Below are positions 1 through 10,300 of a stretch of 64,000 nucleotides of DNA, one piece after another; the stretch's first letter is position 1; the number at the start of each line of letters is the position of its first letter. This DNA is from a virus, in IMG/VR virus record IMGVR_UViG_3300048930_001424, positions 26,257 through 90,256 of that record; one strand, written 5' to 3'. The position numbers and the translations under genes are program-made. Under the pieces are notes generated by a model. The model worked only from the letters and a program-made list of their open reading frames with translations, was not told the origin of the DNA and made no database searches.

Positions 1-685
1 CGAAGTCTCGTGGATCGAGACGACATCGTTCCTCAGCAAGACCTGGACTCGGTTCACCAGCGGCTTCCAGAAAGTCTGGGAGTCGGCCTCATCATGGGTC
101 GCCAAGCGCATGCTGGAGATTCAGGGGGCGTTCGACTCAGGGCTCGATGTGGAGGCCGCCAAGCGGGCGGTGGACCAGCAGCTCGAAGCGCGGTTCGCGG
201 AGATCGATCAGGGGTCGCAGCGCGACCTCGCCGAGCGAGAGAGCCGCCGCGTCAGCGAACGCGATCAGGCGGCCGCGATTCACGAAGCGACGCTCGCGGA
301 GATCGGCCAGAGCTTTGAGGACGCACAGGCTGCGCTCAAGGCCAACACCGAGGCGGGCATCGCGGAGTCCCAGGCCGCGCTCGATGAGGCCAAGCAACGG
401 TTGGAACAGGCGCTCGCCGAAGCCCGCGCCAAGCGTGAGGCGGCGGAAGCGGCGGGTGGACCTTCGCGGCTGCCCGGCGACCTGCTTCACGACCAGATTG
501 AGGGGCTAGGCGATTTGATCGCCAAGGGGATCAGTGTGCGCGGCACGTTCAACGCTCTTGCCACTCAGGGGCTGGAGTCCGACGGCGGCGCGGCAGAGCG
601 CACAGCCCGCGCCACCGAACAGACCGCCAAGCACACCAAGCGCCTTGTAGACGCCGCTCAGAGCGGCGGGCTGACGTTCGCCTAA
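1..685 (+). CDS. Tail tape measure protein, C-terminal part (5' truncated by window edge)
   Basis: Homologous to the C-terminus of 58641-60635 (…KGISVRGTFNA…QSGGLTFA). Confidence 0.85.
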   Translation, partial: EVSWIETTSFLSKTWTRFTSGFQKVWESASSWVAKRMLEIQGAFDSGLDVEAAKRAVDQQLEARFAEIDQGSQRDLAERESRRVSERDQAAAIHEATLAEIGQSFEDAQAALKANTEAGIAESQAALDEAKQRLEQALAEARAKREAAEAAGGPSRLPGDLLHDQIEGLGDLIAKGISVRGTFNALATQGLESDGGAAERTARATEQTAKHTKRLVDAAQSGGLTFA

Positions 686-697
686 GGAGACACGTTC

Positions 698-1507
698 GTG
701 CCGATCACGGTGACGGAGAAGTTCGAGAGCCGCAAGTCCACCAAGGGCGACAACCCTTCGGCGGAGTTGGTCTACACCGTGCGCGGCACCAACGACGACC
801 TCGCCGCGCGTGCCCAGGCAGAGACGACCAGCCCTGCGACCTACGACAACCTGCCGCGACAGTCGGTCTCAGTCGAGCCCGTGGGCGATGAGTTGTGGGA
901 GGCGATTGTCCGCTATGCGAAGAACCAGGCCGGGTCGCTGCCAGAACCTGGGGAGAGCATCTTCTCTTTCGATACCGGCGGCGGCACTCAGCACATCACC
1001 CAGAGCAAGGACACCGTCTCGACGCATGCGGCATCGGGCGCGACGGCTCCCGACTTCGAGGGAGCGATCGGCGTCACTGCCGACGGGGTCGAGGGCGTGG
1101 ACATCACCGTCCCCGTCTACCAGTTCTCCGAGACGCATTACTTCACCAACGACCAGGTGACGCCCTCGTACAAGGGCACGCTGTTCTCGCTCACCGGCAA
1201 GGTCAACTCGGGCGCGTTCAAAGGATTTCAACCCGGCGAGGTGCTTTTCCTCGGCGCATCCGGCTCGAAGCGTGGCACGGACCCCGACGACGACTGGGAA
1301 ATCACCTTCCGGTTCGCGGCCAGCCCCAATGCCACTGGCATCACGGTCGGCTCGATCAACGGGATCAGCAAGAAGGGGTGGGAATACCTCTGGGTGCGGT
1401 ACGCCGACCAAGAGGACACCGGGTCGCACGCGATCGTGAAGCGCCCCGTCGCGGCGTATGTCGAACGCGTGTACGACGAGGGCAGCTTCGCCGGATTGGG
1501 AATCTGA
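698..1507 (+). CDS. Phage tail-associated protein (post-TMP position)
   Basis: AGGAG RBS with GTG start; directly after TMP; conserved paralogue at 60648. Confidence 0.7.
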   Translation: MPITVTEKFESRKSTKGDNPSAELVYTVRGTNDDLAARAQAETTSPATYDNLPRQSVSVEPVGDELWEAIVRYAKNQAGSLPEPGESIFSFDTGGGTQHITQSKDTVSTHAASGATAPDFEGAIGVTADGVEGVDITVPVYQFSETHYFTNDQVTPSYKGTLFSLTGKVNSGAFKGFQPGEVLFLGASGSKRGTDPDDDWEITFRFAASPNATGITVGSINGISKKGWEYLWVRYADQEDTGSHAIVKRPVAAYVERVYDEGSFAGLGI

Positions 1508-1510
1508 ACG

Positions 1511-2539
1511 ATGGGTGACGTGTTCCGCAAAGTCCGGTCCGGCCAACCGCTCCGCATCCCCGCTGCGGCGTACAACGCCTTCGTCGATGCGGCGGTCGAT
1601 CTGCGCCGACGCGAGCGTAACGCGAACGCCGGGCCAGCGATGGAACCCGCGCAGCGCGGCATCGTGCTGGTTCGCAACGACTCCGATGACGACATCGAGC
1701 CGTACCACGCGCTGGCGATAACGGGCGTGCTTGTCCAGCCCGACAACGAGGATCAGGAGCGAACGTTTCATAGTCGGACACCGCTGACGGGCGAGATTGC
1801 CACCGAGGAGTCCCCGTCGCTCTCGTTCGTGCTGGCCCTCCAACCGATCAAGCCGGGCGACCTCGGACGGTGCGTGCTCACGGGTGTGACGCCCGCGCGG
1901 GTCTTCATCACCAACGAGACGGATACGACGTGCGAGCTGGCTCCCGAGGAGTCCATGCTGGCCAGCACGCCCATGGGCGGCATCCCGATCCTATGGAAGG
2001 AAGAGGGCACCGGCGAGAAGTGGGCGGTCATCGAGATGGGTCAGCCTTCGCCCGGCCGCGTCACGGCGATCCTCGGGGCAGCGCAGCCCATTCCCACCGA
2101 GAACAACCGCTGGCGCTATCCGTGGGTCGAGGCCCGGATCGACGGCGACCCCGGCAGCGACACCTACCTCCGCTATGTCCCCGTGCCCGAGGGACTTTCG
2201 TCGCAACTGGCCGGTGGCGGCGAGGACCCGACGCGGCTGGCGATCAACCGCTTCGAGGCTCATCACATGAACGACTTCGACCCGGGCTCCGGCTTTGGAG
2301 GGCTGCTCGGCCTGGGGCCGGTGTGCGAGTTGCCCGGCGTGCTTCCGAAGTGCCCGCCCGCGCGGTCGCTCAAGCCCAGGCTCGTTCCCATCCCCGAAGG
2401 GGTTTGCGTGCAGCTCACCTGCGAGCGCAACAGCAAGGGCAGGCCGGTGTGGGTGTTCGAGGCGATGAGCCTGATCGAGATCGCCGACCCGGCCGACGAG
2501 GACCGCAAGTTCAACATCTACATCGAGGGGGGAGCATGA
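1511..2539 (+). CDS. Phage tail-region hypothetical (structural) protein
   Basis: 342-aa ORF; about 7 aa differences from paralogue at 61475. Confidence 0.7.
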   Translation: MGDVFRKVRSGQPLRIPAAAYNAFVDAAVDLRRRERNANAGPAMEPAQRGIVLVRNDSDDDIEPYHALAITGVLVQPDNEDQERTFHSRTPLTGEIATEESPSLSFVLALQPIKPGDLGRCVLTGVTPARVFITNETDTTCELAPEESMLASTPMGGIPILWKEEGTGEKWAVIEMGQPSPGRVTAILGAAQPIPTENNRWRYPWVEARIDGDPGSDTYLRYVPVPEGLSSQLAGGGEDPTRLAINRFEAHHMNDFDPGSGFGGLLGLGPVCELPGVLPKCPPARSLKPRLVPIPEGVCVQLTCERNSKGRPVWVFEAMSLIEIADPADEDRKFNIYIEGGA

Positions 2540-3135
2540 CCACGACCTCCCCGACTAAGCCCACACTCGACGCCCGCCGCGAGCACGAGCGGAAGAAGTA
2601 CGTCGCCCTCGCCGCGCGACACGCCGCGCCCGGAACTGGGTACGGCGCAACCAACCACGGAGCGGCGGCTTTCCCGCTGGTGCAGCGGATGAAGCCCCGC
2701 TTCGTGGTGGACTTCGGGTGCGGGCGGAACGCTTTCATCGGCGCGCTGCGGCGGATCGGCGTGGACGGGCTTGGTATTGACTTCGCCTTTCCCGAAGCGG
2801 ACATCCCGCGGGCGATGCACAAGACCGGCGTGCTCGACGACGTTGCCGATGTGGTGACGAGCTTCGATGCCCTGGAGCACCTACTTCCGGAGGATGTGGA
2901 CGCGGTGCTTGCCGAGATGCGCCGGGTGGCACGCCCGCGGGCGCACTTCGTGTTCTCGATCTGCACGCGCCCGAGCCGGACCACCGTCGCAGGCGAGGGT
3001 CTGCACCCGACAGTGCGACCGCTGGCGTGGTGGCTGGATCGCATCGGTCAGGTTGGAACGGTGACGGCACCGAAGGCCGAGGGGCGGTACATCGTCGGAC
3101 GCTTCGCTGCCAAGGAGGGCTGCGGCTGTGCGTGA
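2536..3135 (+). CDS. Class I SAM-dependent methyltransferase
   Basis: VVDFGCGRN motif I, GID, SFDALEHL; ATGA overlap start. Confidence 0.85.
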   Translation: MTTTSPTKPTLDARREHERKKYVALAARHAAPGTGYGATNHGAAAFPLVQRMKPRFVVDFGCGRNAFIGALRRIGVDGLGIDFAFPEADIPRAMHKTGVLDDVADVVTSFDALEHLLPEDVDAVLAEMRRVARPRAHFVFSICTRPSRTTVAGEGLHPTVRPLAWWLDRIGQVGTVTAPKAEGRYIVGRFAAKEGCGCA

Positions 3136-4030
3136 GAACCAGTCGGACATCGCGGCGCTCCAGGCGGGGCTCAAGGCGCGGAAGCCCGCGCGGGACGGTC
3201 TGCGCCTCTACACCGCCGACTTCGACTCGGTGTCGCTGGCGGGGTTCTACCGCGGGCGTTCGGCGTTCCTGATCTTGTCGGGGCCGTCACTCACGCAGGT
3301 GGATCTGTCGCAGCTCAACAAGCGAGGCATCGTCACGATGGGGGTGAACAACTCCTGGTCCGTGCATAGGCCGACGCTTTGGACGTGCGTGGACGATCCC
3401 GGCCGCTTCATCGACACAGGCTGGAAGGACCCCGGCATCCTGAAGTTCGTGCCGACGTGCTGCGTGGACAAGCGGCTCCGCATCCAGAACCCCGACGGCA
3501 CCATGCGCAACAGCGCGTTCCGCGTCCGGCAGATGCCCAGCGTCCTGTTCTTCCGCCGCGCCGATCACTTCGACCATGAGCGGTTCCTGACGGGCGACTC
3601 GGTCCCGTGGGGGAACGACGCCAAGCACGCGGACTCGCTCGGGATCACCGGTAAGCGGAGCGTGATGCTCGTGGCGCTGCGGCTCCTGCACCATCTCGGG
3701 TTCGGCACGGTGTACCTGCTCGGGTGCGACTTCAAGATGGCCGCTGACCGCAGGTACGCGTTCGATGAGCACCGGGCACCCAACGCAATCCGGCACAACA
3801 ACGTCCTGTACGATTCGCTGGCCCGGCGATTCGAAGCCCTGCGGCCACACTTCGACAAGCACCGCTTCCGAGTCATCAACTGCTCGCCGGGAAGCGAGCT
3901 CCAGGCGTTCGACCGCTTGGACTTCGACGTGGCGGTGAAAGCCGCGTCCGCCGAGTGCGGCAAGCCCGTGAGCACGCAGGGCTGGTACGAACCCAATCCG
4001 AAGCCGACCCCGCAGGAGGCCGCCCGATGA
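3128..4030 (+). CDS. Maf/DUF115-like (GT42/MptE-like fold) putative glycosyltransferase
   Basis: ILSGPSL…MGVNN…CVD and GFGTVYLLGCDF…VINCS motifs. Confidence 0.6.
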   Translation: MRENQSDIAALQAGLKARKPARDGLRLYTADFDSVSLAGFYRGRSAFLILSGPSLTQVDLSQLNKRGIVTMGVNNSWSVHRPTLWTCVDDPGRFIDTGWKDPGILKFVPTCCVDKRLRIQNPDGTMRNSAFRVRQMPSVLFFRRADHFDHERFLTGDSVPWGNDAKHADSLGITGKRSVMLVALRLLHHLGFGTVYLLGCDFKMAADRRYAFDEHRAPNAIRHNNVLYDSLARRFEALRPHFDKHRFRVINCSPGSELQAFDRLDFDVAVKAASAECGKPVSTQGWYEPNPKPTPQEAAR

Positions 4031-5463
4031 GCGACGGCCCGACCCGATACTACTTATACATCCCCGTGTGGGCGACGGGCCGCCCGCCCACGGGAGGCGG
4101 GTCGAGCAACTACTCCACACCGTCGGGATCGACGCCCGAGAGCACCTACTCGACGCCGACCAGCACCCCGAGCATGCCGCCGAGCTACTCGACGACCGGA
4201 GATGTCATCTACACGACCGGCCCGAGCGGAACGCCCACGCTCACGTTTTACACCACCGGCGCCTTCACGAGCAACACGTCGGGGACGACCCACACTCCGT
4301 CGAGCAGCGGGTCGAGCGACTCCATGTCTTCAGGGTCGTCTGGTTCGAGCAGCGGTACGCCCACTTCCTCGTCGGGAAGTTCGTCATCGGGATCGATGTC
4401 GTCCAGCGGATCGTCCTCCGGATCATCTTCGAGCGGGTCGTCCGGCAGCGGGTCCGGCTCTTCAAGCGGATCGGGTTCGTCCAGCGGATCGGGGTCGTCT
4501 GCCTCGGGGAGCAGCGGTCAGAGCAGCGGCATGTCCAGCGGTGCTTCCTCGGGTGCCAGCAGCGGCATGAGTTCCGGAGGATCATCCGGCGGCGGATCGT
4601 CTGGTGGAGGCTCGTCCGGCGGCGGTGGTTCCAGCGGGGGTGGCTCCGGCCCAGGTGGGTCCGGCCCCGGCGGCTCGGGACCGGGCGGGAGCGGGCCGGG
4701 TTCCGGCCCCGGCAGCAACTGCCTCCTCTTCGGCACCCTCGTGCGCCTCGAGGACGGCCGCCTTACGCCCATCGAGAACCTCAAGCCCGGCGATCGCGTG
4801 GCATCCATCCAGGTGCCCGGCCTCGAGGTCGATGTTCCCTACCGCGCCCAATACAACTGGCTCTCGCACCACGGTCTGCACGGCGCGACACCCGTCACGG
4901 CCCGGGTGGCCAGCATCCGCCTGGGCGAGCACAACGGCTTCGTGGTCATCAACCGTCGCCTCAAGGCGACACCCGAACATCCATGCTTGATCCGCCGTGG
5001 CGACGAGTGGGGCTTCGCGTCCGCCGAGTTCATCCAGCCCGGCGATTTCCTGATCGACGAGCACATGAACGAGGAAGAGGTCGAGTCGGCCGTGCGCATC
5101 GACGCCCCGACCCGCACCGTCGCCATCCACATCCCTGGCACGAACACCCTGCTCGCCGAAGGTGTGTGGATCCACAACGACATGCCGGCGAACCAAACTG
5201 CCGTGAGCGGGTCATCGACGCTGACCAGTGGCTCCGGGTCCGGAAGCGCCTCGTCTGCGGACTCCGAGTCGGGCAGCGGATCGATGTCCGGATCGACCAG
5301 CGGCTCCTCGAGCAGTGGGTCGTCGTCAGGAAGCAAGTCGAGCGGGTCGTCGTCGTTCTCGACTTCGGGATCGACCTCCGGGTCAACATCCGGTAGCGGA
5401 TCGGGCAGCATCATCCGAACGAGTCTGACGGGATCGGGAGGCACAGGAACATACTCCCTGTAA
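4027..5463 (+). CDS. Ser/Thr/Gly-rich protein with Hint (intein-like) domain
   Basis: ATGA-coupled start at 4027; Hint from CLLFGTLV (4720) through TPEHP to VWIHN-D (5178); low-complexity S/G flanks. Confidence 0.85.
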   Translation: MSDGPTRYYLYIPVWATGRPPTGGGSSNYSTPSGSTPESTYSTPTSTPSMPPSYSTTGDVIYTTGPSGTPTLTFYTTGAFTSNTSGTTHTPSSSGSSDSMSSGSSGSSSGTPTSSSGSSSSGSMSSSGSSSGSSSSGSSGSGSGSSSGSGSSSGSGSSASGSSGQSSGMSSGASSGASSGMSSGGSSGGGSSGGGSSGGGGSSGGGSGPGGSGPGGSGPGGSGPGSGPGSNCLLFGTLVRLEDGRLTPIENLKPGDRVASIQVPGLEVDVPYRAQYNWLSHHGLHGATPVTARVASIRLGEHNGFVVINRRLKATPEHPCLIRRGDEWGFASAEFIQPGDFLIDEHMNEEEVESAVRIDAPTRTVAIHIPGTNTLLAEGVWIHNDMPANQTAVSGSSTLTSGSGSGSASSADSESGSGSMSGSTSGSSSSGSSSGSKSSGSSSFSTSGSTSGSTSGSGSGSIIRTSLTGSGGTGTYSL

Positions 5464-5476
5464 CCCACGGTTGCGT

Positions 5477-6532
5477 TCACATTGAGAGTCGCAGTTCGCC
5501 GGGCTTGCGTTCGAATCGGCTGACAAAATCAGCCTCATGCAAGCAGAGCAATTGCGCCAGGCTCTCCGTAGTGTGCCCCGCCGAATCACGCAGTTCTCGG
5601 AGCAGATCATCGACCAGTACTGGCTCCTCGCCCGCTATTTCAACGAGTTCCTTCTTCCGCTGGCCCGTCACGCTGAGGCGACGGAACATGTGCTCGAAGT
5701 CGTTGTCCGAAATCCGACCAAGATCGCGAGCGCGATACACAAGTGAGGCCATCGAGACGCGCCACACAGGCTTGAGGCTCGCCGCACGGGTGAGAGTCAA
5801 ACCCGAGAGCTCTGAACCGATAAGGCTCTCAGGCATGAGAAACTCCGAGGCGAAGCGGTTCGCTTCGTCCTCCATCGTCTCCGTCGCCGTCTCGTGCATC
5901 ACGACGTGTCCGAGTTCGTGGCACAACGAGAACCTCACGCGATCCGCTGGTGCCTCGGCATTGATGAAGAACAGGGGCGGAGTGTCCTTTGGCCACATGC
6001 TGATCGCGTCGATGTCGCGTGTGCCGAACGCAAATTTGAAGACGATGCCGCCAGCCGCCTCAATGACGCGGACGAGATTCTGCACCGGGCCGCTGGGCAG
6101 CTGCCAACTGGCGCGAACCAGAGCCGCAATCTTCTCGGGATCGTGACCATGCTCGTCGATGTCGAGAAACTCGACGCTGTGGGGGGTCGAAATATCCACT
6201 TCACTGATCAATCGACGGACCAGCATCCGCCGAATATTGACCTCTGCTTCCAGACGATGGATGTCCGCGGCTTTGGTGGCCGCTTTCTTCCGGTAGAACA
6301 TGACGCTGAGGCCGAGACCACGCCGCTCGTCCTGCTGGAAAAAGAATGAACGTGGATACCCGAGAGTGGTGCAGATTCGATCCAGAACTTCTTCGGATGG
6401 CTCGCGGTGGCCTCCCTCCATGTGGCTGACGTAGGGCTGAGAGACTCTGAGTCGCTCGGCAAGCTCTGTTCGATTCATGGCACGCGATTCTCGCGCGAGC
6501 ACAAGCATGTCGTGGTTGAACGTGCCGGTCAT
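5477..6532 (-). CDS. XRE HTH fused to ImmA/IrrE metallopeptidase
   Basis: N-terminal HTH (ELAERLRVSQPYVSHMEGG); RFSLCHELGH (HExxH); EDEANRFASEFLMP. Confidence 0.9.
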   Translation of the reverse strand: MTGTFNHDMLVLARESRAMNRTELAERLRVSQPYVSHMEGGHREPSEEVLDRICTTLGYPRSFFFQQDERRGLGLSVMFYRKKAATKAADIHRLEAEVNIRRMLVRRLISEVDISTPHSVEFLDIDEHGHDPEKIAALVRASWQLPSGPVQNLVRVIEAAGGIVFKFAFGTRDIDAISMWPKDTPPLFFINAEAPADRVRFSLCHELGHVVMHETATETMEDEANRFASEFLMPESLIGSELSGLTLTRAASLKPVWRVSMASLVYRARDLGRISDNDFEHMFRRLSVTGQRKKELVEIAGEEPVLVDDLLRELRDSAGHTTESLAQLLCLHEADFVSRFERKPGELRLSM

Positions 6533-7170
6533 GCGGATTCAACACCCTTCCTCCGCGCCGACTTGGCGCGAACCGTGATCTTCGATCGCAAATCATCTGC
6601 AGCGACCGCGGGTTGCAGCAGTGGCGTCGCGTCGGTCTTCGGCTCTTCGATGGCCTCGACCCAGTGATTCTCGTCCCAGCTCTTCGGGCAGGTGAGGTAG
6701 CGTCCTGCGATCTCCGTACCCACCGAGTTGACGCGATATCCGAAAATCAATCGCGTAGGCGAGCTCGGCTCCAGTCCTTCGATAAACATCTGGCCCTGGA
6801 AGTAGTCGCGCTCCTGGCTGGGCGTGCGGATGTTGCGGGCACACAGATCAGAGCCCAACTTCTTGAAACGCACCGCGACGCGGCCGTCGATCAACAGAAG
6901 CAGCATCCGCCCGCGCCTCCCGATGCGCACACGGTGATCACCATCAAATCGCGCGGCCGCCAACTGGCTCCAGCGATCATGGAGCATGCTCGCCTTGGTG
7001 ATATCGTTGAATGCCACGCGGCGCGTCGCGTCGTCCGCGTAGACGGACTCGACGTACTCCCACGCTTCGTCAAGCAGCTCGTCGAACTGGGGCATGTAGT
7101 CAGTGAGGAGCGCGAGTGCGTCTTCTCGGCTGACGATCCGGCGTTGGATGATGCGGTTTGTCAAGTTCAT
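6529..7170 (-). CDS. Hypothetical protein coupled to the XRE-ImmA gene
   Basis: 4-bp overlap with the downstream gene; probable ATG at 7170. Confidence 0.7.
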   Translation of the reverse strand: MNLTNRIIQRRIVSREDALALLTDYMPQFDELLDEAWEYVESVYADDATRRVAFNDITKASMLHDRWSQLAAARFDGDHRVRIGRRGRMLLLLIDGRVAVRFKKLGSDLCARNIRTPSQERDYFQGQMFIEGLEPSSPTRLIFGYRVNSVGTEIAGRYLTCPKSWDENHWVEAIEEPKTDATPLLQPAVAADDLRSKITVRAKSARRKGVESA

Positions 7171-7283
7171 GGATGTGAGTGTAGGCAGCCAATCGAGCAA
7201 ACGGAGTATTTCAATACACAAATCATTACAGACGGGTCACGGGGGCACCAGAGGTCCCCGCCTAATCTCATCAGCCGCCGACA

Positions 7284-7311
7284 TTGACGGCACTATCGCA
7301 TGTGCTATACT
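7284..7311 (+). promoter_or_regulatory. Sigma70-type promoter of the restriction-like operon
   Basis: TTGACG-N16-TATACT with extended -10 TG, 45 nt upstream of ATG 7356. Confidence 0.7.
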
Positions 7312-7355
7312 CGTTCCAAGTGAAGCACGCGATAGACTCCAATCAGGAACTGCCG

Positions 7356-10300
7356 ATGCCTCCTGCCCGTCCAAGCAGCCCGGTCCCTGCGGACTACGGT
7401 GCGAAGATCAAGGAACTGCGCGGCCGCCTCGGCCTCACGCAGGTCAGGTTGTCTGAGCGTTTAGGAGTCTCGTTCGCCACCGTGAACCGGTGGGAGAACG
7501 CCCAAAGCCGTCCCTCTCCCTTGGCGTGGCAACAGATCCTGGAACTGGGTGGCGACGAAGAAGCCGTCGCCGAGGTACCCGAGGATCGCCCACGTTCAGC
7601 GGTCATGGATTTCACTGGCCGCCCTGATGCGATCAGGGCGCTGGCGGAGGGGGAGCGGCTCTCGTTTGGCCACATGACGAATCCCGTGTTCGCCACCGAA
7701 ATCGCTCAGATCGACCCGCTGCCGCACCAGCGCATCGCCGTCTACGACCACATGCTCAAGCAGCCTCGGCTCCGATTCCTGCTCGCCGACGACGCGGGCG
7801 CGGGCAAGACGATCATGTCGGGACTCTACATCCGCGAGATGTTGTCCCGGCGACTGCTGCGGCGCATTTTGGTGGTGCCGCCAGCCGGGCTCGTGGGGAA
7901 CTGGCGGCGCGAACTCTCGACGCTTTTCAGCCTGTCGTTCCGAATCGTCGAAGGCTCCGAAGCCGCGTCGGGCAATCCCTTCATTGGCGACGACAGTGAC
8001 CGCGTCATCGTGAGCGTGGACACCTTGTCCGGCCCGCGCGTGTTCGGCCGTCTCCGCGAACCAGAGGTGCAGCCCTACGACCTCGTGATCTTCGACGAGG
8101 CCCACAAGCTCGCCGCTGATCGCGGCGGCGACCTTAGGGTCCGCAGAACTGAGCGTTACCGACTGGCCGAGGCGTTGGCGGGCGTGCCAGATCTTGACGA
8201 GGCGTGGACGCTTCCCTGGAGCGCGGCCAACCTGCTGCTGCTGACGGCGACGCCGCACATGGGTAAGGACTATCCGTACTTTGCGCTGTGGCGGCTGCTC
8301 AATCCTTCTGTCATCTCCACGCCTGAAGCGTTCAACGAGTATCCCCCGGACCAGCGGGGGCTCCACTTCATCCGGCGCACCAAAGAGGAAATGGTCACGC
8401 TGACGGGTCGTCCGCTTTACCCAACGCGAATCTCCGACACGCTCGGCTACGCCCTGTCGCAGGGTGAAGTCAGCGAGCAGGCACTCTACGACGGCACCAC
8501 GGAGTACCTGCGATTCATCTACAACAAGGCGAAAATGCTGAACCGCTCGGCTGCTCGCCTGGCCATGAGCGTGTTCCAGCGCCGCTTGGCGAGTTCCACA
8601 TTCGCACTCCTGCGGTCCTTCGAGCGGCGGATAGAACGCTTGACGACGCTCATCGAGGATGTTCAGGCGGGCAAGATCACGATGGAGCAAATCATCACGC
8701 TCCAGCGCCGCATCTCTGACGATGACGACGTGTTCGACTCAAAGACGGCTGACGACGAACGGTCCCCGGTAGACGGCGGCGAGGAGAATGAAAAGGCCGA
8801 GCAGTCGCTGCTGCAGGGGGTGATCGCCGCGTCGATCGCCGACCTCATCGCCGAGCGCGACCAGGTGCAGGAACTCCGCGATCTCGCCCAGCGGGTGTAC
8901 GACAAGGGCGTCGAGTCCAAGTTCGAGAAGCTCCGGGAAGTCATCCTCGAGGACCGCTTCGCGCATGAGAAACTGATCGTCTTTACCGAGCACCGCGACA
9001 CACTCACATTTCTTGTCCGACGCCTCAATGGCATGGGGTACACCGGCCAGGTCGCTCAAATCCACGGCGGGATGCACTACAGCGAGCGCGAGGAACAGGT
9101 TGAAAAGTTCCGCAAGCCCATCGCCGAAGGCGGGGCACGGTTCATGATCTGTACCGACGCGGCCGCTGAGGGCATCAACCTTCAGTTCTGTTGGGTGATG
9201 ATCAACTACGACGTGCCCTGGAATCCCGCGCGGCTCGAACAGCGCATGGGCCGCATCCACCGCTACGGTCAGCAGCACGATCCCGTGATCATCATGAACC
9301 TCATCGCCCCCGAGACGCGCGAGGGCAAGGTGATGGAGACGCTCCTAGAGAAACTGGAGCGCATCCGTAAGCAGCTCAAGTCCGACAAGGTCTTCGACGT
9401 GATCGGACGGCTGTTCCAGGGTGTTTCGATCAAGCAGTACATGGAGGCCGCCGTCGAAGAGGATGACGCCGCAGCTGTCGCCGCCAAACTCGGTGGTATC
9501 CTGACCGCCGAGCAGGTCGAAGCGTTGGCCGAGCGAGAGAAGTCGCTCTTTGGGGATGGCGGCGATGTGAAGCGGGAACTGCCCCGTATCCGTGCTGAGA
9601 TCGACAACGAGGCATATCGCCGACTGCTGCCCGGCTATGTCCGCCAATACATCGAGAACGCCGCCCCGCTCGTGGACATCGAGATCGACGGAGATGCACG
9701 CTCGTTTTTTTCGTTCAAGCCCGCTCGTCGCGGCGCGATCGACCGCATCTTGCCCACGTTGGACTTCTACCCCACGCGCCTTCACGAACTCCTGACGGTC
9801 TCCCGCCCGCCCAGCAAAGCGGACGGTATCTGGGTGCATCCCGGCGAGCCCGTCTTTGAGCAGTTCCGGGCCATCGTGTCCGACCGGCTGAGCGCCGAGG
9901 CCGCGAAGGGCGGGGTGTTCGTCGATCCCGACGCGGAGCGCCCGTACCTATTCCACCTCGCGCTTGTGTCGGTCGTCCGCGACGCCGATCCGCAGATGCC
10001 CGAGCTCGGTGCAGCATCCACGTTTGAATCCCGTCTCGTCGGCGTCAAGCAGTTCGAAGGGACTGAACTTCAGGTCTGTCCCGTCGAGCACTTGCTGTTG
10101 CTCAAGGGAGGCACAGGGCTTCCAGCAGCGGCGCAACGGCTGGCGGTCGCGGCACCGGGACTCCGAGATCAGGCGGCCGCGTTCATCGTCGAACGCGTCG
10201 CCCGGCAGTTGGCCATCGACCGCAAGAACCGACTGCTCTCCACGATCGAGGAACGCGAAGCCTTCCTGCGGCGGGGCTTCAGCTACCAGGAGGCCGAACT

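Larger units (their letters stand above)
1..4030 (+). repeat. Diverged direct repeat, copy 1 (paralogous to 59942-64000)
   Basis: Colinear ORFs 110/60051, 698/60648, 1511/61475, 2536/62500, 3128/63092; many synonymous changes; indels of 9, 14 and 6 bp. Confidence 0.97.
1..5463 (+). mobile_element. Right part (tail operon end) of prophage-like element A
   Basis: Gene-for-gene paralogue of the tail region at 59942-64000. Confidence 0.85.

Noticed and set aside
1-4030. Terminal redundancy or assembly duplication of a circular contig
   Set aside because: The copies differ by many substitutions and three indels, so they are not identical ends.
4090-4715. Repetitive DNA or CRISPR-like array
   Set aside because: Codon-varied Ser/Gly low-complexity coding sequence; no fixed repeat-spacer structure and no cas genes.
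4720-5178. Canonical splicing intein
   Set aside because: The +1 residue is Asp, there is no homing endonuclease, and the flanks are low-complexity.
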